From Lingula anatina (Eukaryota; Animalia; Brachiopoda): 64,000 nucleotides of DNA. This document shows positions 36,560 to 64,000 of this stretch, one piece after another. Location of the stretch: positions 61,854,788-61,918,787 of the forward strand of contig CM120640.1 of the NCBI GenBank assembly GCA_051362555.1, in the 5' to 3' direction. A program made the translations under genes and the position numbers. The notes beneath the pieces were generated by a model. That model had not been told where the DNA came from. It saw only the letters and a program-made list of their open reading frames with translations, and ran no database searches. Numbering within the stretch: position 1 is the first letter of the stretch; every line of letters starts with the position of its first letter.

Positions 36560-39236
36560 TCTAAAACACACGCCCTTTGCAGGATAGCAACGGCGCTACC
36601 AAGGGTATATTTTTATGCCTGCTTGGTCGTGACTTGATTACTAACCTTAGCCATTTACGATGCTCATTGGTGACTCTGCGCTTATTGCAGTAGTAAGAGT
36701 TTACCAGACACGAGTGATTAGAATAATCCAATTTGCGTAAGTGTGAGGCACTACCAGCCAGACCATCTAAAACACGCAACGGAGGTTAATTTTATTCATA
36801 AGCGGCGCTTCTGTTTTGCACCATCGACAGCCTCCAATGAAACAAAAGTAATTACCACACTAATAGTATCTCTGCATGTCCTTCCAATATCAAGAGGTCA
36901 AAAATGACCGATCCTCTGATGGCTTATTGAGGTCACTATCTGTGTCTTTGCGTGTCGAGCAGTGATCCAAACTTTTATTCTTTTTTAGAGTATGTTTATA
37001 GGCAAAACGAGAAATATGCTACAAATTCCCTTTTCTTTCAAGCGATTTGCATCTTACATTCCAGTAAGATGTAGGACTGAGGTAGTCAGAATTGTAAGGT
37101 GACCATTTTGGTGCGTCCGTCTGACTGAGTTCAGAATTATTGTACACGTATGAAACCAGCCTGTACCATTTGTGTCCCTTGAAAAAAACTGCCAAGCTAT
37201 TTTTGACGTAAAATGGTATCAGTCTGTTCCACAGCACTGAGGTTAAGGCTACTTCCGATGTGACTATTGGAAGATCGTTGTAAACAATTACTTCCCGTAT
37301 GGACCAGTAGATCTACAGGTAGTTAATTGTTTGAAGCAGAAATAACACTCTTGTCTGAGATAGCTGCGGAGAACAGGCCAAGGGGTCTAAGAATTAGGTT
37401 TCGTAATGCTAGTTACGAGTTTTTCATACATCATACAAACGTACATCATACTTTATTTTATCGCAGCATAAAGACATCTACCTTGACAGGGAAATGCCGC
37501 TGCTGACCATTGGAAACTGACTCCTCCCAAATGAAGATAGTTCGTTATGCCTTGGAACCTTGATAGAGGGGTCCAAAGTTTTGAGTACAGCAAAATAACT
37601 GTTTTTGTGAAATCAATTAGACAAGCATTACATTATTTGAAAGATTGATGTTGGGAAGTAGTATTTTTCATATCTTATTATACTGTAAAACAAGTATTCA
37701 GGAAACATAAATTTAGTTCATTGCAATAACATTTATGAAGGAAACGTGAACCTTTTTAAAATGTATTAATTTCGATGATAACAGCATGCACGTGCATTTT
37801 TACTACGGTAGTTCTTCTAAATTTGTCCTTAATGACATCAAAAACAGTAATCTTGAGGTAAAATTAGAATATATGGAAAACCACCCTTTCCTCGTTGGCG
37901 TGTCGTTTATTCACCTCTTGTGGCGACTTCCGTGTTGTGTCTTAACGTTTTGGCGTATATATATACTGTTTTACATTGAAAGCGCTTATTTAAAGGATGA
38001 AAAAGATAAAACTCCAGTAGTTACTGCCAAAAAAATCGGTGTGAGTTGTTACACCGGTCGTAATGTTTTAAAATACAGACCAGAAACTGCCGGTATGGTG
38101 ATGAAATCTGTCTGCATAGAAGCAAAAAAATTGGCTATAAAAATAGACAAATAACATCCTCGCGCAAAAAGGTAAAATTCAAAGTGCGTGGACATTTTGT
38201 TGGACCCCGATAAAAGTCCAAATGGCTTCACTGCATTATACCAGGTCATAATTTAGGTCTAATCCTATTTAGTCAGCTGTTATTTTTTAACAATAAGACT
38301 AGTATCTTACCAAAAACAAACAAAAGACAAAACGCATTACACAACAAAACAAGAAAGTTTTCTTAAAATGGAGACAATAGAAACATCTTTTCCTCTATGG
38401 GTATATACTTTGTGAGCGTTAATGTTTTTACTCACGGTATTACTAAACGTACGCTTTCATCATGTACCACAAGTACTATATGTGTCATTTTAAATTTCCA
38501 CCTGTGACACATGTAAGTGCCCAAGCACTTTTCAATCTGTGTATTAAAACATACTTTCTTTTAAAGATAAGATTCAAATTGTTGGACATATATTTTGGTC
38601 GTGTTTTTAGTCACAAGCAAAAATCTTCACATAGCATTTTTTCCTTTATGGATGTTACATAAAATTGTAAATATAAACCAAATGTTTTGGCATTTAGTAT
38701 CAAGCTTTCTGTATTTAAGATTCATATTTGTCTTAGAACATTCTATTTTTAATACAAATAATATTTGCTAACAAATAAGGATGTTCACATAAAGTGATTT
38801 TCACATAAAACAACCTGTCCGACAAACAGACGTAGTTACAAGTGACCAATATCCCATACAAATTCTTTTAGTTGAAATGTTTTTTTAGTTTTCTTTTCAG
38901 TGTCTTTGGTGAGCTGTAGTGATTGGAAATAAATACACTAATCATATGTCAATTTGACAATTAAAATCTTCCTAAACTGTCCCTTTAATCAAAACGGAAT
39001 AATAGGTGCCAATGAAGGTATGCAGAAAAACAGCATTTACTATAGCATATACCTGCACACGAGAATGCTACTCAAATTGTTCTCTGACTGTGAAAGGGAA
39101 ATGATTTCATGCCAGGCCTTTGTCATGGAGGCAAATAGCCCTTACATATTATACACGAAAATAGATATGAAACGCAATGAGAATGATGAATACAAACGTC
39201 TTTTATCAGTTTTGTGGACACAGAATATTAGGCTCT

Positions 39237-39439
39237 ATTCCCATAGATTTTAGATCGATCTATCCCCGCGGGGAGTCTCACTAGATTACTTTCAGATAAT
39301 CCGACTTAAATGTCCGTCCCGCCTACTACAAGCTGTAAGAGGGTAATTAACTTTCGTGTCCGCTCGGCTGACAGCCATTTAGCGTGAACCCCCAGGGAGT
39401 TAGGTTGATCTAAAGTAGGTCGATCTAATCTATGGAAAT
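39237..39439. mobile_element. Putative MITE (terminal inverted repeats)
   Basis: CCATAGATTTTAGATCGATCTA at the left end pairs with TAGGTCGATCTAATCTATGG at the right end. Confidence 0.55.
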
Positions 39440-40778
39440 GGGGTGTTTAAGAGGATATCATTGCATTTGTTTATTGTACGTGCCCTCTAGAAAAACTACT
39501 TGGGCCTACATGTACCTTTGCACGAAGTTGGCAGAAATCAAAGTGCCTAAAGGTGGAGGGAAGGTTATGACCATTTAATACTCCCCTGACCATTGTGCAC
39601 TTACACAAGATGTAAACAAGGTCAACCAGGAGTAGGGTGGTGGCTTACTAGGGCCAAAAAAGCCTCAAGGTGTGGTTGAGTTTTTAACCTCTTTTCATCT
39701 CTGGCCTCTGTTAAAACCCAATAAATGTCTGGGTACATGTCTTTTTGCAAAGTCAGATATTTCCTCCCAATATACCCCCCTTCCCCACCTACACCAGCAA
39801 ATGCCTGGGTCCACAAGAGGATGGAAGTAAGAGGTTTATCATTACGGTCAATATGGAAAATCCATAAAATGTTACATTAACAAGTTATAAACACACTTCT
39901 GAACTTTTAATATCTAGCTTTACAATTATGATTAATCCATATGAAAGTCTTGCCATTGGGGATAGTCTGGTATTAATTTTTCATTCAGTACCTTTATTGT
40001 GTCCTTTGTTTCAGCTTGATGGTCCAAAGGTTTCAGTTATCAATGCAAACCAATTAAAGTTAAATAAAGGATAGGTTCAAAACAATTAACATCTTTGAAT
40101 TGAGAAAGGCCTATATGATAGACATGTCAAAAGCATTTGGAGAACATAAGTGGACTTTAGTCCAGTCATCCACATCATTAAGTATTCACATTGACCCCTG
40201 GCATAATGAAGAAATTAGGGTTAATGCCATATCATTTGTACTAAACAATACCATGACCATCCTCCATTATGATAGAATATTTTTAAAGAGACTTATCAAC
40301 ATTCCCCTCAAGTTTAAAATGACAGGGTACAACTCATTGTTTCAGTAAAGTAACAAAAACACAAAATGCTTTTTAAAGCTGTTTATAACTAATACAATTT
40401 CATCTTATGAATATGTACAATGACCTTTTGCCTTGAATAAGCCTACTAGAATGATTTTATACAAAGACTGTTTTCTTTTCCAATGAATATAAATAAAAGA
40501 TCAACTTAAAATTCTAACCTAAATTGAAAAAACAATCATAATCTGAATAGAATATTGAAAAGAATATTGCTTTGTGTCTTGAACAAAGTTGCATTGTTTA
40601 AGATAACTGTCAAAAATAGGAACTCAAGTAGCAGCATGTAAAAATAATCAACCAAGTTTCATATTTTGGTCTTGTTACTATTAAAAGTTTAAAAAAATTA
40701 ATTTTAAAATGTTCAAGTAGATTTCACTGTATCAAAACTTAACATGAGATCATTAATTCCAGCATTATCAGCATGCCT

Positions 40779-43700
40779 TCACTCTTCTTCCTTTATTTCA
40801 TTTGCTGTGGTACTTATATTTAAATCTTTGAATTCTTTTAACAGATTTTCACGTGCTGAAATCATTCTTTGTCTGGCTCTTTGAAAAGCATCTGAGGGGA
40901 AAAAAACAATCATTATTCTTTTGCAAGATACTTTCAGCATGTATTATAACAAAAACTTAAAAATGTTATTTTAATGAGTCATTTTCTTTCTTTCCTGTTT
41001 AGAAATTATCAAGTTTAGTAAAAAATGCTTGTTAATACTGCCCATGTTGAAGAGCTTCTAGATGAGACAGCTACTTAGATTTGTAACTTTCACAGTTCTA
41101 AGTTACCACCATAGCAGCATTATGCAGCCCTGGGAAAATTACATATTCTCTCAAAATTTGTTTTTCTATATTTACTCACCAAGTACATTCATAATGCTCA
41201 ATTGTGTCGATGTAGCACTACAACAGAGGAAACAAAACAGTAAATTTACTATGAATATATATTTAATCGAAAATCTTGCTTATTTCAAACATATTCAAAT
41301 CTAATTTTGGCAATTCAAATGGAATGAATAACTCATTCCATAACTACAGTTAGAAGGTAAATAATTTTTTTCTCCCTATTTCACACACATGTAATAAATG
41401 CAATAAACCAGCAATCAATCCCTAAATAAAAGAAACAAAAAGGCCCTTATAAAATCATTCTACTGGTTAAACAATCTATTCCCTGTTAAATATATCTCTC
41501 AGTAGCAGCACTGTTTTCAACTTCATTTTCTTATACTCTTGGAGAGCCCATATGGACTGTCTGCAGCCAAGTATTGTTGTTTTCTGGCATCTTATGACCC
41601 TGGCAGCCTGGATTCTACCAAACTAATATTCATACTCACCCAAGTCTATCCATTAAATTTCCCATTTTCTTTTTAGAATGAGCTTTATCTAGGAAGGCTC
41701 TGTAAAAATAAATTATGCTCATCAATATTAAATTTGGCTTAATTTTGATACAAACATTTCCCCCTTATCTTTCATCATACTTTTGGGCTCAGATTGACAT
41801 GTATCTCAAAGAGAAACAATAGATCACAGCAAAGAATTCATACAAAATCATTTTTGGCCAAAGTATGTTTATCATCTAGGAAACAACACAGTTTCATTTG
41901 TGAACACTGTCTGATAGACACATTATGAGGTGGCAAATGTTAATTTTTATCTTTTTTTCTTTGGAAGAGTCTTAACATCATACACTTACTGAGATTGATG
42001 AAGAATATTCAACCTAACAGTCACACTCCCTGTGGTCTCGGTTTTAAACCCATACTTGCTGAGATGACTGCCCTAAAAATACAGCTTATATACATTAACA
42101 ACAGCTGCTTACTTAATCACACAGTATCATTTTATAATAATAATAATAATAATTTATTGAGCACATGAAAAGAGTGTACATTTATAGGCTCTCTACACTA
42201 CTAATTATAATATACTTAAAGGGATAATACTCTTCGTTTCGGCCAAAAAATGAATTTTCCTGGAGTAAACAACAATTTTCCCATACTTACCAATGGTTAA
42301 TGAATCCATTTTAACATTCAAAGTTAGTCCCTGGTTTTTTTCTAAAAAGTTTGGTTTTTTGTTAAAATCACTTAAGAGATTTTAACAGAGTATAGCCATC
42401 AATGGAGGTCACGTGGTCTAAAGACAAGCTCAGATATCAGAATAATAGCTATAACTGCCATTTTTGTGGTAAAACAGAATATATTATATTTCTATGAGTT
42501 ATTCACAATGTTTTTATTGTGAAATAAAGATCTCATACAAAGAGTTATTATCCCTTTAAGTTAAAATACATGTACATAGTAATAATAAAGTTAAAGTATA
42601 ATACCAGGTGTCATCTCATTTTGGATAGCTTCCATTTTATAGTCAAACAGGGAACTAAACCAAACTGCACTTATTTTCATGTCTGTTACATAATGAGATT
42701 GAGGCAAACAAATTACTGGTATAGGTTTCTTAAATACCACCCTGTTCTAAACAGCAATCAATCTATGAAAAGACCTCCTTACTCAAAGAATAAAAATAAT
42801 AATTATAATACTTAATTAACATACTTCAAAAGTTGAAGGAACAGAAATGTATGAAAGATCTTCCAACTCCGGTGAGCCTCCGATGAAAAAGCGCCTCAAC
42901 TCTGATACCACAGAGTTTCCTGTAGGCCTCCAGCATGTCACTTCCTCTGTACTGACACCTGATAAACAAATGTGTGTTCTTAACATATTTACCTTTGTAT
43001 GGTTGTCACATGCATATGCTGTGTGACAATCATACAGGAATAAAGATTAGAAACTGCCATTTAAAATTTTGATTGAAATTCTTAAGGCACAGTTGAAATA
43101 CCACTTAAAATGTTCCTATATTATGACATAAAAGTTTCTAAACTTAATCTCAAGTAAATATGCTGAAAAAAACAAGTTTTTTTTATCAGATATTTATCAC
43201 AATTTATAAAGTTAATTTGACATTTCAGGACATCCTAAATATTGACTGCTTAAAGACAGAAAAGTAACATAAATAAAGAGATATGCTTAATCACAAGGAT
43301 ACACAGGAATTTGGCCAGAAAACAAAATCTACAATTAACACATTTTTCAGCATAGTCAAAATTCTTGAAATGCTTACCAGTCATCAGTCCACCCCCATCA
43401 TTCAAAAACCCTTTATTTAAAACTATTTCACTGGGCATAAGTAAGTCGAGTGAATGGGAAAAGGGAATTAAATACATTCTATAACAAGTGTATAATCAAA
43501 AACCATATGTTACAGTAACATCCCTCAATGATATAAATGTTATATAAATATACAATCCTCACCTGGAATACATGGTAGTGTCAGGTAACCATAGCCCTCT
43601 GTCCTATACCGCTGCCAAGAGTCTAAAGACAGCACCTCTATGTACATAACTGGCCACTTGGGAAGTAAATCTAAAAATTAAGTCACGTTTAGGTACTCAG

Positions 43701-46700
43701 AATTTTATTGTTTCATAACCATACTGCAGCGCAGGTTATTATTTGCATCCTATAAATATTGACAAGATAATCATTATATATGAAGAGCTCTGTGATCAAA
43801 AACATTACCAAATCACTGTAAAAATCCAAAAATATCAATAATAATGATTTTTCTTGGATTATTATTCCTATCAAAAATAATGTTTCCCCAAAAGATGTTC
43901 AAATGATAGCTTACCCTTATTTTCTTCAATAACTGTTTCATTCTTGTAAAAAACTTCAAAGTTGAAGGGGAAACTGTAATATGCCACATTATCCTGAAAT
44001 ATAATATAAGAGATCTGTTAAAAAGATACACTTTGTTAATAGAATGGCAGTATCCTTTGTTCTATTGAATTATTAATAATCAGTTTAACAATACAGAATA
44101 CACAACAGAAGATTAAAGGAAGTTGTACCAATAGTAAACTTTTTGCAGTTCCTCATACCATGCAATCAAAAAGACTTCATAATGTTATACATACCCTTCC
44201 TTCCACTTTGGTAGTACAAGTTTGTGTTACTCCAGATAATTGCTGATTTCTGTCTACTCTCCAATCTACAAATAAAAAAATAATATAAAAGTATGATATA
44301 GGAAATTTCATAAAAATTTCATAGAAATTTCCGGGTTACATATGTAAATTTTGTGGAATCGTCTTACCACAGCCAGGTATGGGTTCAAAATTTTAAACAT
44401 TACATGCCATTTTCATTTGAAAATTTTGCCACATCTACATATTACCAAACTTTCACAGGGATGCAGAGCAATGACACATGATACTCCCTGGACCACGTCT
44501 GTGACAACATACAGGACCCTAACATCAGAATCACTGATATACTAACTACTTAGGTTGGCAAGGGATAATATCCTCATGGACTATTAAAAGAGAAATGTGG
44601 TTATTGAAACACATGAATTTCATGAATCAACTGTCACAATACATGTTATTTGGATTGTTTTACTTTCCATAATGATGTTAATACAAATGAAGGCAGTTAA
44701 GTAATACTGAAAGGGATGCATGTTAAGTAGTATTAGTTGTACTCTTTAGACAATTCATTTTTATATATAGACTATACAGTATTTCTTAAACACTGTTACT
44801 TACTTCTTGGTAGTTCCACAAAATAGTGAATATAAAGATTGTCATAGTCAAAATTCTTTGCAGACACAATTTCACCATATACTAACATCCTTAGAACATC
44901 TGGTGGAGGCTGAAATACCAGAGCACTTTATTATGAATACTATCTGTACAATCACATTGAGTACTGTCTTGTGAACAAAATTTGCTTCGAAAAATTGCTT
45001 TCAGTTCATCATAATCAAAGATTTCTCTTTTACAGTCAGTAAATATGACATTTTTACTTTCTGCTCTTCATTAACTAAATGTTTTACGCATTTCTCTACT
45101 TTAAATCAATCTATAATATAATTTTGAAGTGTTAAAAGTTATATTCTAATTTATATTTCCCTCTAATAAATTTGTCAAGGTATAATCCACAATGTACACA
45201 CATGCCTTGTACTTGGATGTCTGTTCTGCCATTTCTAATCAGTAATTTAAAAAATTAAATTTTAAGAAGATGTGACTAGGACACGAACACTCTTACCATT
45301 TCAAAATCATGCCCAACCACTGCTGTGAGAAATTCCCCATGTCTGTTATAAAGCTAAAAGTAGTAATATTCATAATAAATATTCAGGTGCTGAAAATTAA
45401 CTACATAAGAGGTTTGTAAATTTTTAACTGAGGAAATGACATATGTTTCTTGGTAACTTGTGGCATACCAGGATTTCAACATATTCCAGTAACTACACTA
45501 TTATCACATATTATTAAATACAGTTATGTTTTCATAGGGAAGCCTTTTGTTACTAGGACAACATGTATAACATTGTTAAACTGTCAACCAAAGCTCAAGA
45601 CATAAACAAAGACACCTTGACAAGTGAAAAGCTACAAATGCCATCTGTTACCTCTTTATACATCTTCCTCTCTCTATCCTGTTCCTGTCTGCTCATTTTG
45701 GCAGAGGCATCCTCAAGAGTATACTCATAAACCTCTGGAAAATCAAAACATGATATACCACAGACTTGATCTAGAGATCTTAATTTTACATTCAGATGGT
45801 TTGATATTACTCCATGAACGATATTTATTTTGTTAATTCACTTCACTTACTATGTTTAAAAATAATCAAGGTCCTGGAACATCTGATTTGAGTATTTTCT
45901 CACCATTCAAGACACAAGTGCATTATACATCTCTCTTTTCACTCTCTTCTGTCTTTTACTTTTGTCCAGGTGATCCACAAATATAAACAATTATGTACAA
46001 TAATACAGTATTATCTCTACCTCTTCCAATGCTTTGTGTCTCTATTCTATAAGGTTTCTTTCCTTTACTGAAGTCTGGCTTGATGCTGATCACTCCATTG
46101 ATGTCCACTTTAATCACACACAATACATACTCATCTTCTATTGTGGCCTCACTGAAGAAAAACATGCTTGGTTATGTATAGTACAATCATTGGCTGTGTA
46201 TTTTTTCATGAAAATAGTGTAATACTGTATAGAAAACTAAGTATTTACCCTCTTTCCAAGAAATTATAAATCACTGACTGTTAAATTTAAAGTAGGGCGT
46301 ACAAAGTCCCGCAGCTTTGTCCTGTTGTTAGGAAATCATAAATACATTGAACCACAAAAATTCAGTTCGATATGTATGATAAACAAAATTTGTCTTTTTG
46401 TGAGCAAGTCAAAAACTGATGTCAAAACTAGTTTGGCTTAAGAGTACAGAAAAATTGATCCAAATTTAAATTGAAACTCCCAAACATGAATTTTCACAAA
46501 CTGGTAGCCTAGCTAGTGACTAGTTTTTTTTTACACTTAATGTACAGGCTGACAGGCAAAAGCAACCACAAATCTTATACAAACACAGGTTAACTTACTC
46601 ATCTGCTGAAGAGAGGTCCACCATGATATACATGGTGTGCTGTGGGGTGCTGATAAAGTGATTCTGTTTCACAGATTCCTCAGTAGGCTCCAAATCAACA

Positions 46701-48790
46701 ATATTTATCTTAGGAACTATGGCATTCTCACTGAAATAGAAAAAAAAAAACAGAAATATGACACACTTTCAACTGACTCAACACAGACACCACCGTTAAA
46801 AAGATTCAGTTTAGGAAATATATTGTCTATATGCTTTGTTCAATCCCTCAGATGGTTAAGATTTGCATTATAATATTACTTGACTAAAAATATAAAACTG
46901 TCACCTTTCCCTTTTCCTATTTGCAACAACTCTTCTTCTCCTCACATTGGCAGCTCTCTGTGAGAGAATATTTGGCTGTTCACTAACTGATGTGGTTGCA
47001 TGCTGAACGTGCTAAATGTTGGAGAAAAAAGACATGGACCTATGATCTCAAACAGCAACCAGAAAAGAATGATATTAAAAAGATTTAGCATATCAGAAAT
47101 TTGATGATGAAGAATGGGGCACTCTTAGATAAAACACCTGATGTATTAAAGATAGCATATGATTCTAAAATATTTTCTTTGTCATAAAGCATTAATCAAA
47201 TAGCCTTTTTTCCTTTGGTATATGTTACTTTGATTCTTGAGGTGCACAGCTAGATGATTTATACCTCCTTCTGGTCTGTGAATGGGTCATTTGCAGTGTA
47301 TGAAAATAATCGCTTGGTTGGTCGGCCTTTCTCTCTGGAGTTGTAAATCATTCACAATTTGTTGGCATACTTATTAACAAATTAGTTTGTTCCTAAATAC
47401 TAGCATGAAATTAACCTCAAAGCTCTTGAGGTTTGACATAAAGATTGTACCACATACCAAAAAACTAAACAAATAGTAATAGTCAAGGAGGTGAGTTTCA
47501 AGTCTTAAATAAAAAAAATCATTCAAGTCCAAATATTCAAAATTTAACATGATACAAGTACATTAAAAATCTTAATCATGCATAATATAATTCAAGTGGG
47601 ACAGGATCCTTACTTCAGTGGTTGAACATCTTGGTGATATTTTCTCTCTAGGACCCCTGTGCAGTTCTCCTCTTTGCTGTACAAATCAACTTCTCTCTGG
47701 AGAATTGTTTAAAGAAAGAAATAATGTAAACCTTCTATATAAACATGCATGTTACAGTTGTGTATTACAGGCTTAAATTAAACAAACCATAATATAAGCA
47801 CTTTCATATAATTATATAGGAAGATGTTTTTGACCTCCACTTAAAGGTATACTGTCCCCGTTTGACAATTTCCTAAAGACATATTCTTTATGTTTAGAAA
47901 TCCTGCAAAGCTACTAATCTTCCCCTTAAAAACCATAAAATCCTCCAAATGAAAGAACCTTATACCTTCTGAAGAGTCCAGAAAGACATGGAATGCTAAA
48001 CGGTAGACCAGACATTTAGAACTAAATATTTAAATTAAAAAGGGAATAAAACATATTGCAAGTGCAGGGATGGGTTCAGCAATGATTTTTGAGGGGGAGA
48101 AAATTGCTATTTCCCCCAAGAAAAATTCACTTTGGCAGGTATATCTAATGAAAAGGACCTTTAAACAAAAGTAACAACAATTTATCTACCATTTTCATAC
48201 TTACCTGGCTGAATACTTTTTCTTGCCAACTGAAGGTATATTCTTCTCTATCCTTCTTTGACATGGCCTGCTGCTGTTTCCGCACGTCCTGGAGTCCCAT
48301 TCCTCCGCCATGTTCTTTTTCAAGTTGTGCTTGTGGTACTATACTGGCTGATGTTACTCTTTCTACACAAACTCTGAAATAAGTCCAATGTAAGTCAGTA
48401 TATACACAATTATAACCTTGTATCACGGAAATCCAAGGTATTTCATTTGCATGATGTTTATATTAGACTAGACCAACACACGCTGGTATGATTGTATTCG
48501 TTATAATGAATTATTGATGTAATTTCTTTGCGTCGTATTACGCTAAAAAAATAAAACAAAAACTACTGAAAAGTAAGAATAACCAGCGCTTGACTTGAAT
48601 GATTCAAAAACGAACTCCCGCGCTTTGTATATTGTTTAGTTTTCGGAAGGTTTTTGATAACATTTTAGTTTTTAGGAAAACTAATACTGTACTCTTAAAG
48701 AACACATAAGTACCGTATTTTTAGGTTTTTTACGGGATCTCTTGATCTGTAATAGCCAGCTCCAGTGTCAGCATCGTACATATCCACCAT
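40779..48790 (-). CDS. MKS1: Meckel syndrome type 1 protein (B9-domain ciliary transition-zone protein)
   Basis: N-terminus [26 protein letters not shown], internal [12 protein letters not shown] and [12 protein letters not shown]9 domain ([29 protein letters not shown]; [14 protein letters not shown]; [15 protein letters not shown]) and C-terminal [14 protein letters not shown] all match known MKS1 motifs. About 18 GT-AG exons; first 48790-48714, last 40891-40779. Confidence 0.93.
42220..42555. mobile_element. TTAA-target MITE (Kolobok/piggyBac-like) in an MKS1 intron
   Basis: TTAA|AGGGATAATACTCTT...AAGAGTTATTATCCCT|TTAA. Confidence 0.75.
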
Positions 48791-49063
48791 TGTGAAACAA
48801 ATTTGATTCCTTTATATGCCACTAGAGGGCCAATTTCAAGACAGGAAAAAAATATATATAAGTTATTTAATTAAACTAATAGTTTTAAGTCTATCATTAA
48901 AGTTAAAATTTCAATATATTATATTTTTTGCATTTCCTTAAATGATTTAAGGTTGTTAACATTCCAACAATCAATCAAGTTACAGTGCCAAGCTTTTATT
49001 GGTCCCATAGAGGGAGCAGGTGCTATGTGACGTCAAAAGCCAAAATGGCTGAAAAAATTGAGT
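48791..49063. promoter_or_regulatory. Bidirectional promoter shared by MKS1 and NCoR
   Basis: The divergent start codons are 273 bp apart. The interval contains CTCF-like CCACTAGAGGGC (48819-48830), ATTGG (48998-49002), CRE TGACGTCA (49028-49035) and YY1-like CAAAATGGC (49041-49049). Confidence 0.7.

Positions 49064-64000
<14,937 letters not shown>

Noticed and set aside
37250-37480. Sequence reminiscent of a non-autonomous DNA transposon terminus
   Set aside because: No matching second end, TSD or coding remnant could be identified by eye.

Overview
AT-rich, intron-containing animal genomic DNA, probably a mollusc or other lophotrochozoan (inferred from gene content and repeat types, not proven). 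No prokaryotic features are present, and most entries in the ORF track are exon fragments or noise. Four protein-coding genes were reconstructed by hand from GT-AG boundaries and intron phase. (1) Gene A (minus strand, ATG 21648, runs off the left edge) encodes a secreted protein: signal peptide, polyQ, a divergent 6-Cys chitin-binding (CBM14/peritrophin-A)-like domain, an N/Q-rich segment, then at least 23 TIL (trypsin-inhibitor-like) domains, each on its own phase-1 exon. Sixteen of these exons are near-identical tandem copies that vary mainly at the predicted reactive site. (2) Gene B (minus strand, 36515-26439, 16 exons, ~712 aa) is a tandem paralog with the same CBM14-like domain, three 6-Cys FOLN-like modules, two Kunitz domains and five TIL domains. 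(3) MKS1 (minus strand, 48790-40779). (4) NCoR/SMRT-family corepressor (plus strand, from 49064 off the right edge), head-to-head with MKS1 across 273 bp. Several MITEs, a Helentron-type element and microsatellites are also present. The most notable element is the A/B pair, a candidate family of matrix-anchored, multi-specificity protease-inhibitor arrays built by exon duplication.
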